Positions 39,301 through 52,149 of a stretch of 59,270 nucleotides of DNA are shown here, piece after piece. The position numbers and the translations under genes were made by a program. This DNA is from a virus (taxonomy: Duplodnaviria; Caudoviricetes). Under the pieces are notes generated by a model. It was not told the DNA's origin, ran no database searches, and saw only the letters and a program-made list of their open reading frames with translations. The stretch covers positions 1-59,270 of IMG/VR virus record IMGVR_UViG_3300005096_000097. The stretch is one strand, 5' to 3'. The stretch's first letter is position 1, and the number at the start of each line of letters is the position of its first letter.

Positions 39301-42300
39301 CTGGAAGCGACAGCGGACGAGCTACTAACCCTAACCCCCACCACGTCAGTCCTGATTAACGGGGAGACTCTGGCAACGTGTGTTGCATGCGAGCGACTGG
39401 ATGATGGGCAGTACCGCCTGTGGGTGCGTCAGGATGTCCATCCTAATCACTTGATATCTTTCAGCGAGATGACCTGTGCGAAGTTACCCCAGGTCAACAT
39501 CTGGTTAGTTGTGGTACCCCTCCGGAAAGCGAACCTGATTCGGAGGTGCAAGCCCGGGGATGTGGTGATGGTCAATGACTTCAAGGTTGAGATACTGGTA
39601 ATTGACGCTATTGACGCCAAAGATACCCTGGATCGTGTCCCAAAGTTCATTATGTCAGTTAAGAGTGAGGACACTCTTGATCCAACCGGTATCGGACACG
39701 ATAATTTGGGCTTCGACGAGGATGATTATGACCCTGGGAACGATCCCCGGAGTATTTTGGATTAACCAAGCTGGGAGAAACACATGACTGCAATACCAAC
39801 CGTAATGTACCGGAACACCGTGAACTTGTACGGACATAATTACTTCGTCTACAAAGTGACGGGGGACCCTAAAGTTGATTGGCTCGGGGAGTTCCTGGAG
39901 GGGCAAGCGATTGATTTGGACGGGGAGACGTTCCGCTACTGTACTCACAACCATGTTGGTTACGATGGTGAAGTGAATGAGTACGAAGTGTTCGTCGATC
40001 ATATTGGCGACCCAGTCCCCACTCAGGATGAGGTTCCAGAATTTGAGGGTCAGTTCCAGCACCGGATAGAACTGCAAGGTGTTATGTATAGGGTGTACAA
40101 CCTTCTTGGTACTGAGGCTGGGGGTCCCCTACCTGGGACCTACATTAACGCCATGGTGTGCATACTTGGGGAGAACCAGATACTGGCAGACATAGTGTAT
40201 ACCCACATGGAGTCTGGAGCCCGCCAGCTTGTTGCTTACTGTACCAACGTTCCGAGGGCAAGATGAAAGAATGTGATGGTGAACAAGTCGATGATATTTG
40301 GCTGGAAGATATTCGATCCCAGGTGTACAAGGTTATCCTTCCATGTTTGAGGGCGTAATCATGTAAATCGTGGCGACACTATCTGCATAAATGGTTAAAC
40401 AACTGCCTACCACGCCCAGATTCCAATAGATGTTGTCGATGGGGACGGAGGGTCTATTTCCTTGTTAATTCATAAAGGTAACACAAGATGTACAAGCTAA
40501 TTGGTGAACAAACGAGGGACATTCATCTGGGGGTCCATGACTACCAGGTGTTTACCGTAGATTGTCAGGACATGGACGGGGGCGACCTCGACTCTATGCT
40601 CCACCCGGATGGTCTACTTCACACCTCTATGAATGGACTACCTTTCGATTTGCTGGACCTACGTCCCAAGGAAGGTAACCGCTATACCGCAACTGGGTTG
40701 GTTCGGAAAGAGGCCGTCATTCGACCAATGCCCACGTTTGAAGCTGACGAGCGTGAGCAAATAGACCTCCATGGGCACATGTACCAAACGTTCCATGTGT
40801 ACATTGACCCGTCGGACTATGGGACCTCGGACTTCACACCGGGGAAGGTAATTGGCGTGAACAACCAGTTTTATGTTCTGCACGCGAAATTGCGAATACC
40901 TTATCGGAATTCACCAAAGGCAAATATGCACATACTCATTATGGAGGGACCATGTTAAGATTCATTGGTACTCAGTGCCCAGCCATTCGGCTAAAGAACA
41001 AATGCTACCCCGTGTTCTGGGTGGACGTGAAAAACAACACGAAGCCTATTGAACAGAACACAGTGGTTCAGATCAACGGTCGTAAATACACCTACCTGGA
41101 CTGTGTCGTGGATAAAGGTCCAAACTCTTACTACTTTTTCATTGTGGAGGAGTTATGCTCAGAATAGAATTAGATGGATTGCCCGACTTTGTGCTGGACG
41201 GTAGGGCGTACCCTACATTCAAGATTTTCACGGAGGGTGAGAGGGCCAGGGATGCAGACCCGAACTCTGAAGCTGTTGAGGCACTCAGTGGTGGCCAGAC
41301 AATCCAAATCAATGGAGGGCTCTACGAGTTCCTGTTGTACGAACACTGGATAACAACCATCAGTCCTTATGAGCGATGGTACCGTGTGTTTACGCGGAGA
41401 CTAAATGTCAATTCTGGTGAACTCCCTGCGTTCGTTGGCGACTCCACGGTTGGGATACGCATCCAAGAGGTGAACTACCCCGTGTTCAAGATCCGTCCGA
41501 ACTCAATTAGTGATGAACCCCTGGCACCTGGGTCGCTGATTAAAATCAATGGCGTTCCCTATGTTTACGTGGATTGCATTGTTCCGGATCAGGAACTGGA
41601 TCGGTACCAATTCATCGTGGAGGAACTATGATCAGGATCCAAGCGTACCCAAGGGCTCCCCTGATATTAGCGGGTCAAACCTACCACGTCTTTGATTACA
41701 AACACTCGGGGATAGCACCCTACTCAGGTGTTGTATTCCCGGAAGTCCTTATAAACGGGGATCCCTATCGGATCCTCGACCAGCGTCACAAGGAAACACT
41801 GGCTGGGACACCCAAAGTTCGCGCGGAAAAGGGGTTGCAGTGGGTCCATACCTTGATTACAATACCCATAGACAGAGAGATTGTACCTGCCCACTCATTT
41901 GAGGCAGAACTCTACGATGAGGTTACCCTGAATGGTCTGGAGTACCAGGTATTTGAGGTAATGACAGACGATGATACCCTCGATGACATTGGTCGTCGGG
42001 ACCTAGTTCGGTTCCCCGGCTGGGGAGATTACTACCTCCACTTGTACTTACCCGTAGGAACATTTGATGGGGGGCACGAACACCCGTCTCTATTACTTGT
42101 TTGTAGCAGACCAGTCAGCAGGAAGTTAGACACCATGAAAGAATTCAACGGACACTATAGTCAGCGTGTGGACATCACGGACTCCGTGCATATCGTCGGA
42201 CTTTTGGTGACAGCCACACTAGAGGAACTCGGCAGTGTTGAGACCGGTGACCAGATTAAGTTTGCTGACAAGTATTGGATTTACCTGGACCAACTCCCCG

Positions 42301-42380
42301 TGGACTTTGGTCCCGGACAGGCACTAGTGGTCTATTTCATTGTGCAACCTGCTCCGGAGACACAAACTAATGGGTATTGA
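36364..42380 (+). CDS. array of about 11 genes of the beta-domain paralogue family (36364-37308, 37392-37799, 37792-38235, 38263-38517, 38520-39233, 39226-39765, 39784-40266, 40488-40958, 40952-41167, 41155-41631, 41628-42380)
   Basis: Tightly coupled ORFs carrying 1-4 copies of 'PG..(V/I).I(N/D)G..Y'. Confidence 0.7.
40263..40475 (+). pseudogene. frameshifted/stop-interrupted member of the beta-domain family
   Basis: One frame reads MKECDGEQVDDIWLEDIRSQVYKVI...stop; another frame continues RGDTICING*; 'RRVYFLV' at the end. Confidence 0.55.
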
Positions 42381-42613
42381 AGACATGTGGACCGTCCTGA
42401 GTCCACTCATCCTGCTTGCGTGTTTCATTACACTGTTCAAGATTATCGACAAGATTGACGATTGGTAAAGACTCATGGAATTACATATTACGCCAGCCCT
42501 TGGGCTGATGTTCGGCATGGCCTTATTGTGCTGTATCCTCATAGGAATTCGCCTCTTGGATTGGTACTTTGGAGACCACCGGTGAGTAACTCAAACCTTT
42601 GGAAGGGATTGTG

Positions 42614-43673
42614 ATGGCAAACTTCAATAGCCGAGGGGGCGGTATGCAGGTTGGCAATAACCGCGTGTTCCATATCCCTATTAAGTATGTGGAACACAAC
42701 CTCTTGAGGCTAGAGGCAGGGGATGATGTTACGGTAGACTTCGCGGCCTACCAGGTTATGCACCCCCTCCCCAGAGCAAGAGTCTCAGGTCGTGGGTTGA
42801 GCACTATTGTCTGTCAGGGTATGGACCCACCCCCGGCACACGCAGAAGTTATATGTGTGATGCTGGGCTTTGGGTTAGTATGGGCGCTCTATCTCAGTAA
42901 CGTCCTACCGGTGTATGCCCTTGGGGTTGCTGGTGTGGTGGTTGCCAGATGGTGTGTGTGGTACCTAACTCGCCATAGCATTATAGATCAATTACCAATG
43001 GACGCAGATTTCCTTTATTTGAGTGTGAGGCCGCATAATGCCACTTGACCCGAACCATGAACACATCGACCTAATCATGGGGCTCGTCACCGATGATTAT
43101 GATGACGCCAGGGCTCGTGGTGATATGCTCCGTGCGCACTACCTCATGGAGAATGCCCGACGTGATGGCTTCCTAATTGACTATGTCCCTGGTGGAAAGA
43201 CGACTTGGTCCCACACAAGCGGGAAGACAGCCGGTGACCCCCATGACTGGGATTCAAATTTCCAGGGTGATGAGGAGTTTGTAACGAAGCAGTTCCGTAT
43301 CTTCCGTGTGAAGACCCATCGGAAAATGAAACGCATTATGGACCTAAAGGAAGGTTCCCGTGTACGGGTTAACTTTGAGCAAGTGAAGGTAGGTAATCCC
43401 CTCCCCTCTATGTTGCTGAGTAACGAGGACGTGCGATGGTATGCCCAAGCCGTTCAGGACCGAACAAACATAATCCTCCGTGTGTACATCCCTACGTTCA
43501 CGATAGCTCTAGTTTGGTGGTTAGCGTTTGGCAGTTGGTTCACCTACGTTGTAATGGGTACAAGTGCCTTGTGGATATTTATGACCACCAAAGGCTGGGG
43601 GATGAGTAAGCCTCCAAACGTTAGGCTACCTGGTGATACTGAGTACGTTTACTTTGTAACGGAGAATGACTGA
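42614..43673 (+). CDS. two paralogous beta-domain proteins with an inserted TM hairpin (42614-43048, 43038-43673)
   Basis: Shared 'NF.......F.I.......L..G..V.V.F....V..PLP', two TMs, then 'D..(F/Y).Y'. Confidence 0.65.
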
Positions 43674-43725
43674 TGGATGGACATTATCCTGTCCGAACTG
43701 AAGTCTACCACACCCATACCAACCA

Positions 43726-44079
43726 ATGTGGCGAAGAATGAACATTGAATTACGGACTATCCAGCTACGCCTCACAATCCAGAACCAATTGGATAAGAGG
43801 GAGGTGGCAAAAGCTGACAAGGACTTTGAAACAGCGGACGCCATCCGCGAGACACTTGTGAGTCAGGGGGTTACAATCAACGACACACCCTATGGTCCGA
43901 CGTGGACCTATGGGCGAGTGACCTATGGATCCATCAACTGCTTAGAGGACCTGAAGGTGGTCACTGAGAATGAGATTAAGCTTCGAGTCTTCCGGGACGA
44001 GATTGCAGTGGACCGGGCAGCGTTCGTCAAGAAACATGATCGCCCGTCCACCCCTCCGGATTACGAGGGAGGCAAATGA
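43726..44079 (+). CDS. protein with stand-alone CysRS C-terminal (anticodon-binding)-like domain
   Basis: 'LDKREVAKADKDFETADAIRETLVSQGVTINDTPYGPTW' matches the CysS C-terminal consensus R..A+..KDF..AD.IR..L...G+.+.D...GT.W. Confidence 0.75.
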   Translation: MWRRMNIELRTIQLRLTIQNQLDKREVAKADKDFETADAIRETLVSQGVTINDTPYGPTWTYGRVTYGSINCLEDLKVVTENEIKLRVFRDEIAVDRAAFVKKHDRPSTPPDYEGGK

Positions 44080-44111
44080 TGGTAGGGACGGATACAATTT
44101 AGTCACTTGGT

Positions 44112-47085
44112 TTGGGAGTTAACGAAATGATGCTTATGTTGAATGTGGCGAGTGCCTTGGCAGTACTGTCAATCCTCGGGAGCCTACTTTACCGTTTCAC
44201 CCGTGAGTGCTTTGAGGTTGATGAACTCCAATTCCTTGGACCCGTCGCGATTATCCTCTGGCTACTGGGAGGCTTCCTCCTAGGTGTCCTGATGACACAG
44301 CATGGGGCATTCGGATCCATTTTCGCCTGGGTGGGTTTCGTCCCGTGGTTGGGGTGCCCCATTTACCTGATTACCAAAACTAGGGAGACCCCTAATGTCT
44401 AGTATGATACCTGCCCTCACGGTTCTGCTCATCTTTAGCTTCTGGCGGAACATTGTCTGGGAGATTCGGGCGGGTCGTGATGACCCTACTCTCTGTGGCG
44501 CCTCAGCTTCTGATAAGCATGCTTATGCGTGGCAGAAGGTAGCATTTATTGGCTTTTACATTACTACATTCATCTGTTTCTTAGAGGCATGGAAATGATT
44601 TGGTTCTTCGCGACACTCCTCAGTCTGCTGATGGTGCCTTTTATTGTGGGTGCTGGCTGGTTTGCTTACCAAGCCCTGGACTGCGAACGCTGGAAAGACG
44701 CAAGACTTCACGTTGGGGGTGTCGGCATTTGCGCAAGTGGCGTCTTCTTCTTCAGTGTCATGCTCTTACTTATAGGATACCTCCAATGTTAACTCCATGT
44801 CTTTGGGTGTGGTTCTCCGCAAGCATCCTCATTTGGGCAGGTTGTATGTACCGCTGGCGATGCCTGAACGACTCTAGTGACTTCAATGTGCTCATGCCGG
44901 TATTGGGCTGCATTTCCTCCTTAGTTTGCTTATCCACCATGGTGTACCATGTAGACAGCATGGCAACTGGGGTGATTGGCTTTGTAGCGACTATAGCATG
45001 GCTTGCTTGTGCCGGTACCTTATTCCTAGGAGACCCCGAATGATTGCTTGTACAATTCTGTGGTTCTTAACTTCCGTACTCGTCTGTGTCTGCCTGGATA
45101 AGAAGATGAGAGCACTACAGCACCCCCTGCGAGACGATTATGTGTGCTACCGGGCACTAACCTGGGTGACGTCCCTGGTCGCCCTATCACTGCTCTTCGT
45201 ACAAACCGAAGGGACTTACTTCACGGGGGTTGTCTCAGCCACGGCTGGGTTGTGGGTTGCCGGCTCAGTGTGGATCTTTTACTTTAATCAAGAGGTGGAG
45301 TGATGATTGCTTGTTTGGTTTTCGGCTATGTAGTTAGTCTGGTTATTTGTGCCCTAGCACATCAGAAGCTTAAGCAGATTCAAGGCCAACGTGGACATAT
45401 GGATCACCGCGAGCGGGAGATAGCTGAGTACATGCAAGGTTGGCGTGCCTTTGGATGGGTTTCCTCCATTGCACTAACCTTCCTTGGTCTAGCCCTCGCA
45501 AGTGGGTGGGGTTTCCTGCTTATGGCCCCTGTCGCCGGTATCTGGATTGCTGCCACAGTGTGGATGTTCTTCATTGACACAGTGGAGAACAATCGATGAT
45601 AGGCTGCCTGGTTTTCGGATTTATTGTCTGTGTGGTTCTGTGTGGTTGCTGCCACCAAAAGTTGCTCCACTTAAAAACACTACCCGCCCCACTAAACGAG
45701 ATATACAACCCTGCGTGTTACCCAACCCCTGACCCAAACCAATACCGGGACAGTGCGATTATGTGCATGGAGATATTTCGAGGGGTAACTTGGGGCCTCA
45801 CGGTTGCTCTATTCCTTATCGCTTTTACCCATGCCAACACCTGGCAGACTATAGTTTTGGCTCCGGTCATGGCGGTCTGGTTGGCAGGGACAGTTTGGAT
45901 GTTCTTTATCAATGGGAGTTCGACGTAATGCTTGTACTGTTTCTGTGGTTGACAACCACCTTCATGTTGTGTACCGGTTTCCATTTCAGAGCGGGTAGCC
46001 ATGAGAACAAAGATGTGGCGGAGGGGTTCATGATTGCACGTGGGGCGGCTTGGGTGGCAACACTTGGGTTGGTTTCATTTATGTGTGCAGTTAAACCAGA
46101 GACCAATGTATCCGTAGTACCCGTATTGGTGGCATTACCCATCGCGATGTTGTGGTTCGGGTGGTCAGTGTGGATGTTTTTCCTTGACAAGAGGGTGCAG
46201 AGATGGGATACTTGATAGTGTTGCTGTTTTTGGCAATGTGTGGGACACTAGCGGCGATCATTGTGATCGTTATATCTGAGTACCAGTCCCGCCGGGGTTA
46301 CCTCTCTGAGTGGGCGGTAGCCCTAATCGTAGCACTGACAGTTGTGTCCCTATTACTAGCTGGGCAGATAGGCGTCCTGAGTGCAACAACTGCGACTGTG
46401 CGTGGGATGTTGCAACCAGGTGTTGAGTTTTATGAGGGTGGTAACCCTCTTGAAGAAACACAGATTACTGGAGTTAAACAATGATTTATGAGCTAATGAT
46501 GTTGCTGGCGTTTCTGACTGGTTGTTTCTGCCTGTACAAGTTTACCAGGTGGACTGACGCCTGGGTTATCTGGTTGGTAGCAGCGGGAGTTTCATGGGGT
46601 GTTGGATTGACGACCTTTGCTTTCTGGATGCTTGAGGGTATCAATGCGTTGATTTAATGAATGTGTTACTGTTCTGGGCGTTTGTGATGTGCTTCGTGAC
46701 AAGCTTGGCTTTGGATTTCTATGGTCTCCGCTGCCATTTTGGCACCGAGACAGGGCGTCGACTTGACAAAGTGTCAGCAACGCTAAAACTAGTCGGTCTT
46801 GCCTGTATCATCGCAAAATTTATCACCACATAGGGGGTATCGATGAATCTTCTGATTGGAATTTGCCTGATGTTCTGGTGTATCCTAAACGTGTATGGCG
46901 TGAAGATGGTCGTGTATGAGTTCACGGACATCCTGTCTGACAGAGCGGGTAGTTACCTCACCACACGTATTCGGGTTTTAGGCGTCATTTTCGGATCATT
47001 CACTTTAGCGATTTCAGTTGCCGTCTTTGGATTTTCTATTGCAGCTTTCCGCGATGGGGTCTGCCCTATGGAGTACCTGAGATGA
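44112..47085 (+). CDS. array of small membrane proteins (44112-44402, 44395-44598, 44595-44792, 44786-45043, 45040-45303, 45300-45599, 45596-45928, 45928-46215, 46203-46484, 46843-47085)
   Basis: All 65-110 aa with 2-3 TM helices and coupled starts/stops; the five central genes share 'M..(C/L)......C.....R...W.......W...(T/S)VW.FF'. Confidence 0.7.
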
Positions 47086-47603
47086 AATTCCACACAATTG
47101 TTACTGTGACGCCCAAGTCAGACAAAACCGCGAACCCATTTGGGGACGACGCAACTGTTTATCAGTTTGTGACGGACGACCCACTCACCCTGGAGCTGGC
47201 AACACACTTTCTGAGGGCTAAGGGGGCGCCACTGCGAAACCGGACTGTAACTGTCAACGGGGTCCCGCCTCCCCAGGAGGTAGCCGTACATGCTCAATCT
47301 GCGGTCTTATGCAACCGTGACACTGGGACGCTGTACCTTGCCCGGTACGTGAATGGTGTGGTTGATTTCGTCACCCCAGTCGACTGGGTGTGGGCAGGGA
47401 GTACACCTCTCAGGGATATTCTGAAACAAATCCTGGCTGACTACGAAGGTGGCGTTGCAAACCAGATGTACTCGGACCTCGACCCTGATGTCCTGGAAAC
47501 TGTTGCCCTCTATGACGAGGACCAGGGTCTCCGGGACATGCGGCGGAACACAGGGGTCCAAGAAATGTGGTCGATGGAATCCCGAAGGTCAGCACCATGT
47601 TGA
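47082..47603 (+). CDS. hypothetical soluble protein
   Basis: 173 aa; GGAG RBS; ATGA overlap. Confidence 0.65.
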   Translation: MKFHTIVTVTPKSDKTANPFGDDATVYQFVTDDPLTLELATHFLRAKGAPLRNRTVTVNGVPPPQEVAVHAQSAVLCNRDTGTLYLARYVNGVVDFVTPVDWVWAGSTPLRDILKQILADYEGGVANQMYSDLDPDVLETVALYDEDQGLRDMRRNTGVQEMWSMESRRSAPC

Positions 47604-48169
47604 TATTTATATTCATCCTTTGCATTGCATCAATACTGTGCTTACTTGCACCCCTGTGGGCTTGGTTATTCAGTCGAGCGGAATCATGGACACAGGATGC
47701 TGAGAATGTGAAAAGTAATGTCATTATGTCTCAGATGGCAGGTAGTCTTTTGCTTATTTTCATATTTCTATTCGTTGGGATGTGGCTTCAATGACCCTCG
47801 TACATTTACTCGCTGTGGCAGCATTCATTATCGCGGGCTGCATTACGTCAGCTCGATTGGATTGGACGCCCTACCACACTAAGATGGCGGACCAGGGGAA
47901 ATGCTGGATTGTTGGCCTCACAGCTTACTTGACCATTCTCGCTTTAGGATCCCTCTACCATGCCCTCTGATGTACATGTTGTGTTTCAGGTCATTTACCT
48001 GATTGCCGGGATGATTGCCCTACATGCTGGGGCTGTGGCATTAGTGTGCAAGGTATTTGAGCCACGCTGGTTCATGGGCTGTGCAAGGGTGTGCATAGCT
48101 GCTGTGGCAGTGATGGCTTTGAACGGGCTGGTCGCTGGCGTGTCTACACTGGTGAGGTACGGGTTATGA
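47597..48169 (+). CDS. three small 2-TM proteins (47597-47794, 47791-47970, 47960-48169)
   Basis: Hydrophobic helix pairs; coupled. Confidence 0.6.
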
Positions 48170-48411
48170 GTAAAGACGAATTCACTGGCTTGGTCCATCT
48201 GAAGAACATGCGTGACATTGGCAAGTTCGCGGATACTCAGTGGCAGGTGTTTCGAGGATTGATTGCTGCCCATGACTGGGTGGACATCGAGCTACGGCGT
48301 AACATCCAAATTAACAAACATGTGTACAATGTGAAAGATATTCTGACGACCCCCTTCACATTGGGTAAAGCGGCCATGGGATTTGTGATAGTTGGGGATC
48401 CGGTCTACTAA
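48166..48411 (+). CDS. beta-domain family member ('L.NM.DIGKFADT...FRG' subfamily)
   Basis: Paralogous to 49774-50435. Confidence 0.65.
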   Translation: MSKDEFTGLVHLKNMRDIGKFADTQWQVFRGLIAAHDWVDIELRRNIQINKHVYNVKDILTTPFTLGKAAMGFVIVGDPVY

Positions 48412-48595
48412 TTTCAGTTCAGCGGATGGCTAAACGTGGGTATCAAAGAAGTGGTAAACAGGTCTTGAGAACCTGTTACAGACTTGCTTAGGACAAGAGA
48501 TATTATTGGTATTCGTGCTTAAATGGGGCGTTTTATGCTCGGAATAATCTTTGGCTTACTGTTATTCTTCCTTTTACTGATGACGGGACCCTATC

Positions 48596-49652
48596 GTGAT
48601 TGAACTAACGGGCGTAACCATCACTGGCTACACACTCGCAATGTCCTGCACGTTGCTGATGACTATTGGTTGTTTGGCTGCTGGGTTCTGGGTGTATAAC
48701 GTGGCAGTGATACTCAGTGGCTATGACGCGGATGCCTACGCAAAATACTGGAGCCACGCCGTGGTTCTGTTCCAATCGGCAGGTATCTGGGGTGGGTGTG
48801 CCCTGACAATTTGGGTACTGTCCTGGTTTACTGGCAGTCACTGAACGTCACAAATAGGCCACCCACCACTTAATGTGGAAAACCAGAGGCGAAATAGCAA
48901 AGATGTATGGACGTCTCGGCAAGCCATATTAGGATGGATACATGATGAACACTTTATTACAAGACAAACCCGTGGCGTTTTGTGTTGTTAAGTGGGTGTG
49001 ACAATGTCACGGGACTCTTTAAGTTGGCGGTGTCGCTGATTATTCCGGTGGTTTTTGCAGTAAGGTGTGTATATGGACTCAGCACTCGTAGTAATGAATC
49101 TGTTATTTGGTGGGGCCTTAGCTGCCCTGACCATTGGCTGGGTTTGGCTGATAGTCGCGTATTTTCGTGACGCTGAAACAGAAGCAGACCTCATCATCGA
49201 ATGGAAGAAGGATGCCTCACATATGTTTACGCTGGCAATGGTCCTTCTGCTCGGATCTTTGATAGCGAGGTGTTTATCATGACTTTATTACTCGTATGGT
49301 CAGCCCCCTCAGTGGGTTGTTATTTGGTGGGGTGGTGTTACTTCATAGCAGCCCTGCGTGACCCTTGCCAGAGTGACCAACTCTGTGGGACTGCCCTGAA
49401 GTGGTTTGTGGCCACTTGGATACTGCTCATACCCAGATGGTTAGGGTGGATTGCATGATAATGAATCTATTACTGATGTTCCTCCCGGTCTTTGGTTGCG
49501 TCATTGCCGGGTGGGTGTGGCTCATTGCAGCAATACTTCGTAGGCATATCCCAGAACTCCGCGAGGAGTATTGCGACAACGCTGGGAATCTGTTCAAGTT
49601 GGCATTTGTGTTGAATGTCTCAGTATGGTTGGTGCAATTACTATATTGGTAG
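48596..49652 (+). CDS. four small 2-TM paralogues (48596-48844, 49067-49282, 49279-49458, 49455-49652)
   Basis: Shared 'GC...GW.W.I.A..R.........A...F..A' pattern. Confidence 0.6.
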
Positions 49653-49773
49653 TTTGCTTAGGGGGCCAGATCCACTGGTCTCTGAGTATCCTGACCTCAG
49701 GTCATGCAGGAGTCAGGAGCTGATGACTCACCGGTTTAACATTTCTCAGTTTCTTTGTAGTGGAGTACAGGGT

Positions 49774-50435
49774 ATGATTGATTTGGGAGATATGGAAGAC
49801 CTTGGCAAATTCGCCGACACAGACTTGGACATGTACCGTGGTGTCCTGTCCCAGACTGAAATGCGCAACTTGATACCCGGTAACACACTTGTCACAGTCA
49901 ATGGGAAACGAGGTGTGCTTGTCGAACTGATTCCCTTGGAACAAAGTGGTTTGTATGACGGAATTGTGTTCGTCAAATCTCGGGAGGTGATCGATGGTTG
50001 AACTCGAAAGTATGGAGTTGGTTCAGACGTTTCGGAATCAAACGGGATGTGCAGTGTTCCGGGGCATGGTACCACAAGGAGCTGTACTGGGTCTGTCACA
50101 TGACGTGATCTGTAAAATAAACGGCGTGAAATGGACTCTCGTCGAGGTCATACCCCTGGCTCACGAGGACACCTTTGAATCGCTTGTAATTGTCAAACCC
50201 CGGGAGGTGATCGATGGTTGATCTTGCTGAGTTGGATTACATTGGTGACTTCGGAAACTACGAGGGGTGGTCCACGTTTCGAGGACAGATCTGGCAGGCG
50301 GACGCGAAGGATTTGAAACCGAGCTGCCTTGTTAAAATCAATGGGAAGGAACAAGTCCTTGTCGCGTTGATTCCCCTGGGTGGTGGTCCGGTGTTTGAGG
50401 CAATTGTGGTGACCCGATTCGGGTGGTGTTACTAG
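49774..50435 (+). CDS. three tandem paralogues (49774-50001, 49994-50221, 50214-50435)
   Basis: 'M..L..M.....F......FRG......L.....KINGK...LV..IPL'; duplicated junction CGGGAGGTGATCGATGGTTGA. Confidence 0.75.
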
Positions 50436-50517
50436 AAAAAGGACAAAAGATTATGATGTGTACGCTACTGGTTGCTATGGAAGTCATTTACAATCCGATT
50501 GGGGTAAAGTCTGACTG

Positions 50518-52014
50518 ATGACATTTCTACTAAACATGCAGAGCCCACTTCATAACGAGCAGGTTACAATTGGGACGTACGCATATGCACTCATGTGGTT
50601 TACGTTCGGACCCGAGGAACGCCCAGGGGCTCTAACCTCACTGGGAGTCCATAAAAAGGTATGGGAGGTCCTCCACATGGACCCACTCCCACAGGGCACC
50701 CAGCCTGGTCAGAGATACACCTTGAGTTGTGTACTCCGCCGCCCCCTGGATATTGAGTACCCGAACCTAACGGCAACTGTCCTCTGGAGAGAGGGTCGGG
50801 TTGTGTCACTTCAGGTTAACGTCTTGAGGGGGCAGGAGACCGCTTTGTTTTATGCGGGAGATAAATTCCGTATCAACGACGAGCCAACGATTTACCATAT
50901 CAAGGTTGCGGGTGATAGTAGGCAGGGTGGTTGGCTTATTATGGCTGAGGAAATTGCCGGCTGAGATGTGGTGTAACAAACATGCAAAAATAGAAAGATT
51001 GAAACGATGACAATTCTTTATAACGTTCAAGCAAGCTCCCTGAGATTAGCATCCATCGGAACATACACGTACGGAATGTACGAGGTCAAGCTCCGGCCCG
51101 AAGAAGTTCCCGACGATTTGCAGTATATCATCATCGACGGAGGTCATATGTCCGTCTGTTACCTGGAGCCATTCCCAGAGGATGCCGTCCCCGGGCAAGT
51201 GTACAAATTGCTCGCCACTCTAAGGTGCAAGGCATCCTCGTATCCTGAAATAGAGGCCGAGCAACTCTGGAAGGATGGAAGCACTGTTGCTTTGGCAGCA
51301 GACCTACTTGATGATGATATTTATGGTATCTATAACGCAGGGTATCGATTCCTGCTTAAAGGTAGCCCACAAATCTACCGGTTACAGAATGGTGACGCAT
51401 TGGACAAGTTCCAGACTATGCTCCGGGACGGTCGAAAATACTTCTTAGCGGTTGAGATTTCCAGTAGCTGAGATTTGATCCTGATTTGGTGTGGTATTCT
51501 TCGGGGTACCATCTGTTCAACGATGATTTAACGTGAGGACAACTTGATGGAATTCAAGAGTAAATTGATGTGTGGGCCAACGGTAATTGGACGGTGGAAG
51601 TACGAGACCCATGAACTTGAGGGCCCGAGCAACCACCTATATGCAAGTACCCACGTAATCACCCTGAATGGGGTGGATGTGGAGGTGGTGGCCTGGCCCC
51701 ACGACCAATCCTCCAGTGACCCACCCAGACGTGCATACGTCACGGTAAAAACACCCATCCAATTATTCCCGGTACTTATTACCGAGGACTTCCCGTCTCA
51801 CCACACGGGGGCTGATGGTACGGCCGTGGTTGTCATTGAGGCTCGGACAACGTACGGGGGCATCAAGGGGATTATAGAAGCCACTGATAAAGGTCTGGTC
51901 TGCGTAAATGATTCGCCGAAGACATTCCGAATACACACATGGACGCAGGTTGGTCCCCCAACTGAGGAACATGAGCTGCCACTGTATAGTCTACTCCTGG
52001 AGGAAGTGAAGTGA
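50518..52014 (+). CDS. three two-domain paralogues (50518-50964, 51007-51471, 51544-52014)
   Basis: Shared 'IG.(Y/W).Y', 'V....P.P', 'AG..F.(I/L)...P.IY'; also related to 54270-54707. Confidence 0.7.
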
Positions 52015-52149
52015 GGGCTGAGGAGATCGGCTGAGATTTGATAATGGTTGAGATTTGGAAGGTGGTTCCTTATGAATACTGATGATTTGGTATTATGGCT
52101 GCTGGTGTTGTGCCTCTGGTGGCTACTAATTTGATTGAAAGGTTTTGAG

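Noticed and set aside
48412-49060. Possible tRNA/ncRNA in the gaps around 48.4-48.6 and 48.85-49.06 kb
   Set aside because: Only a short hairpin (AACAGGT…ACCTGTT); no cloverleaf or T-arm motif; more likely decayed small membrane-protein genes
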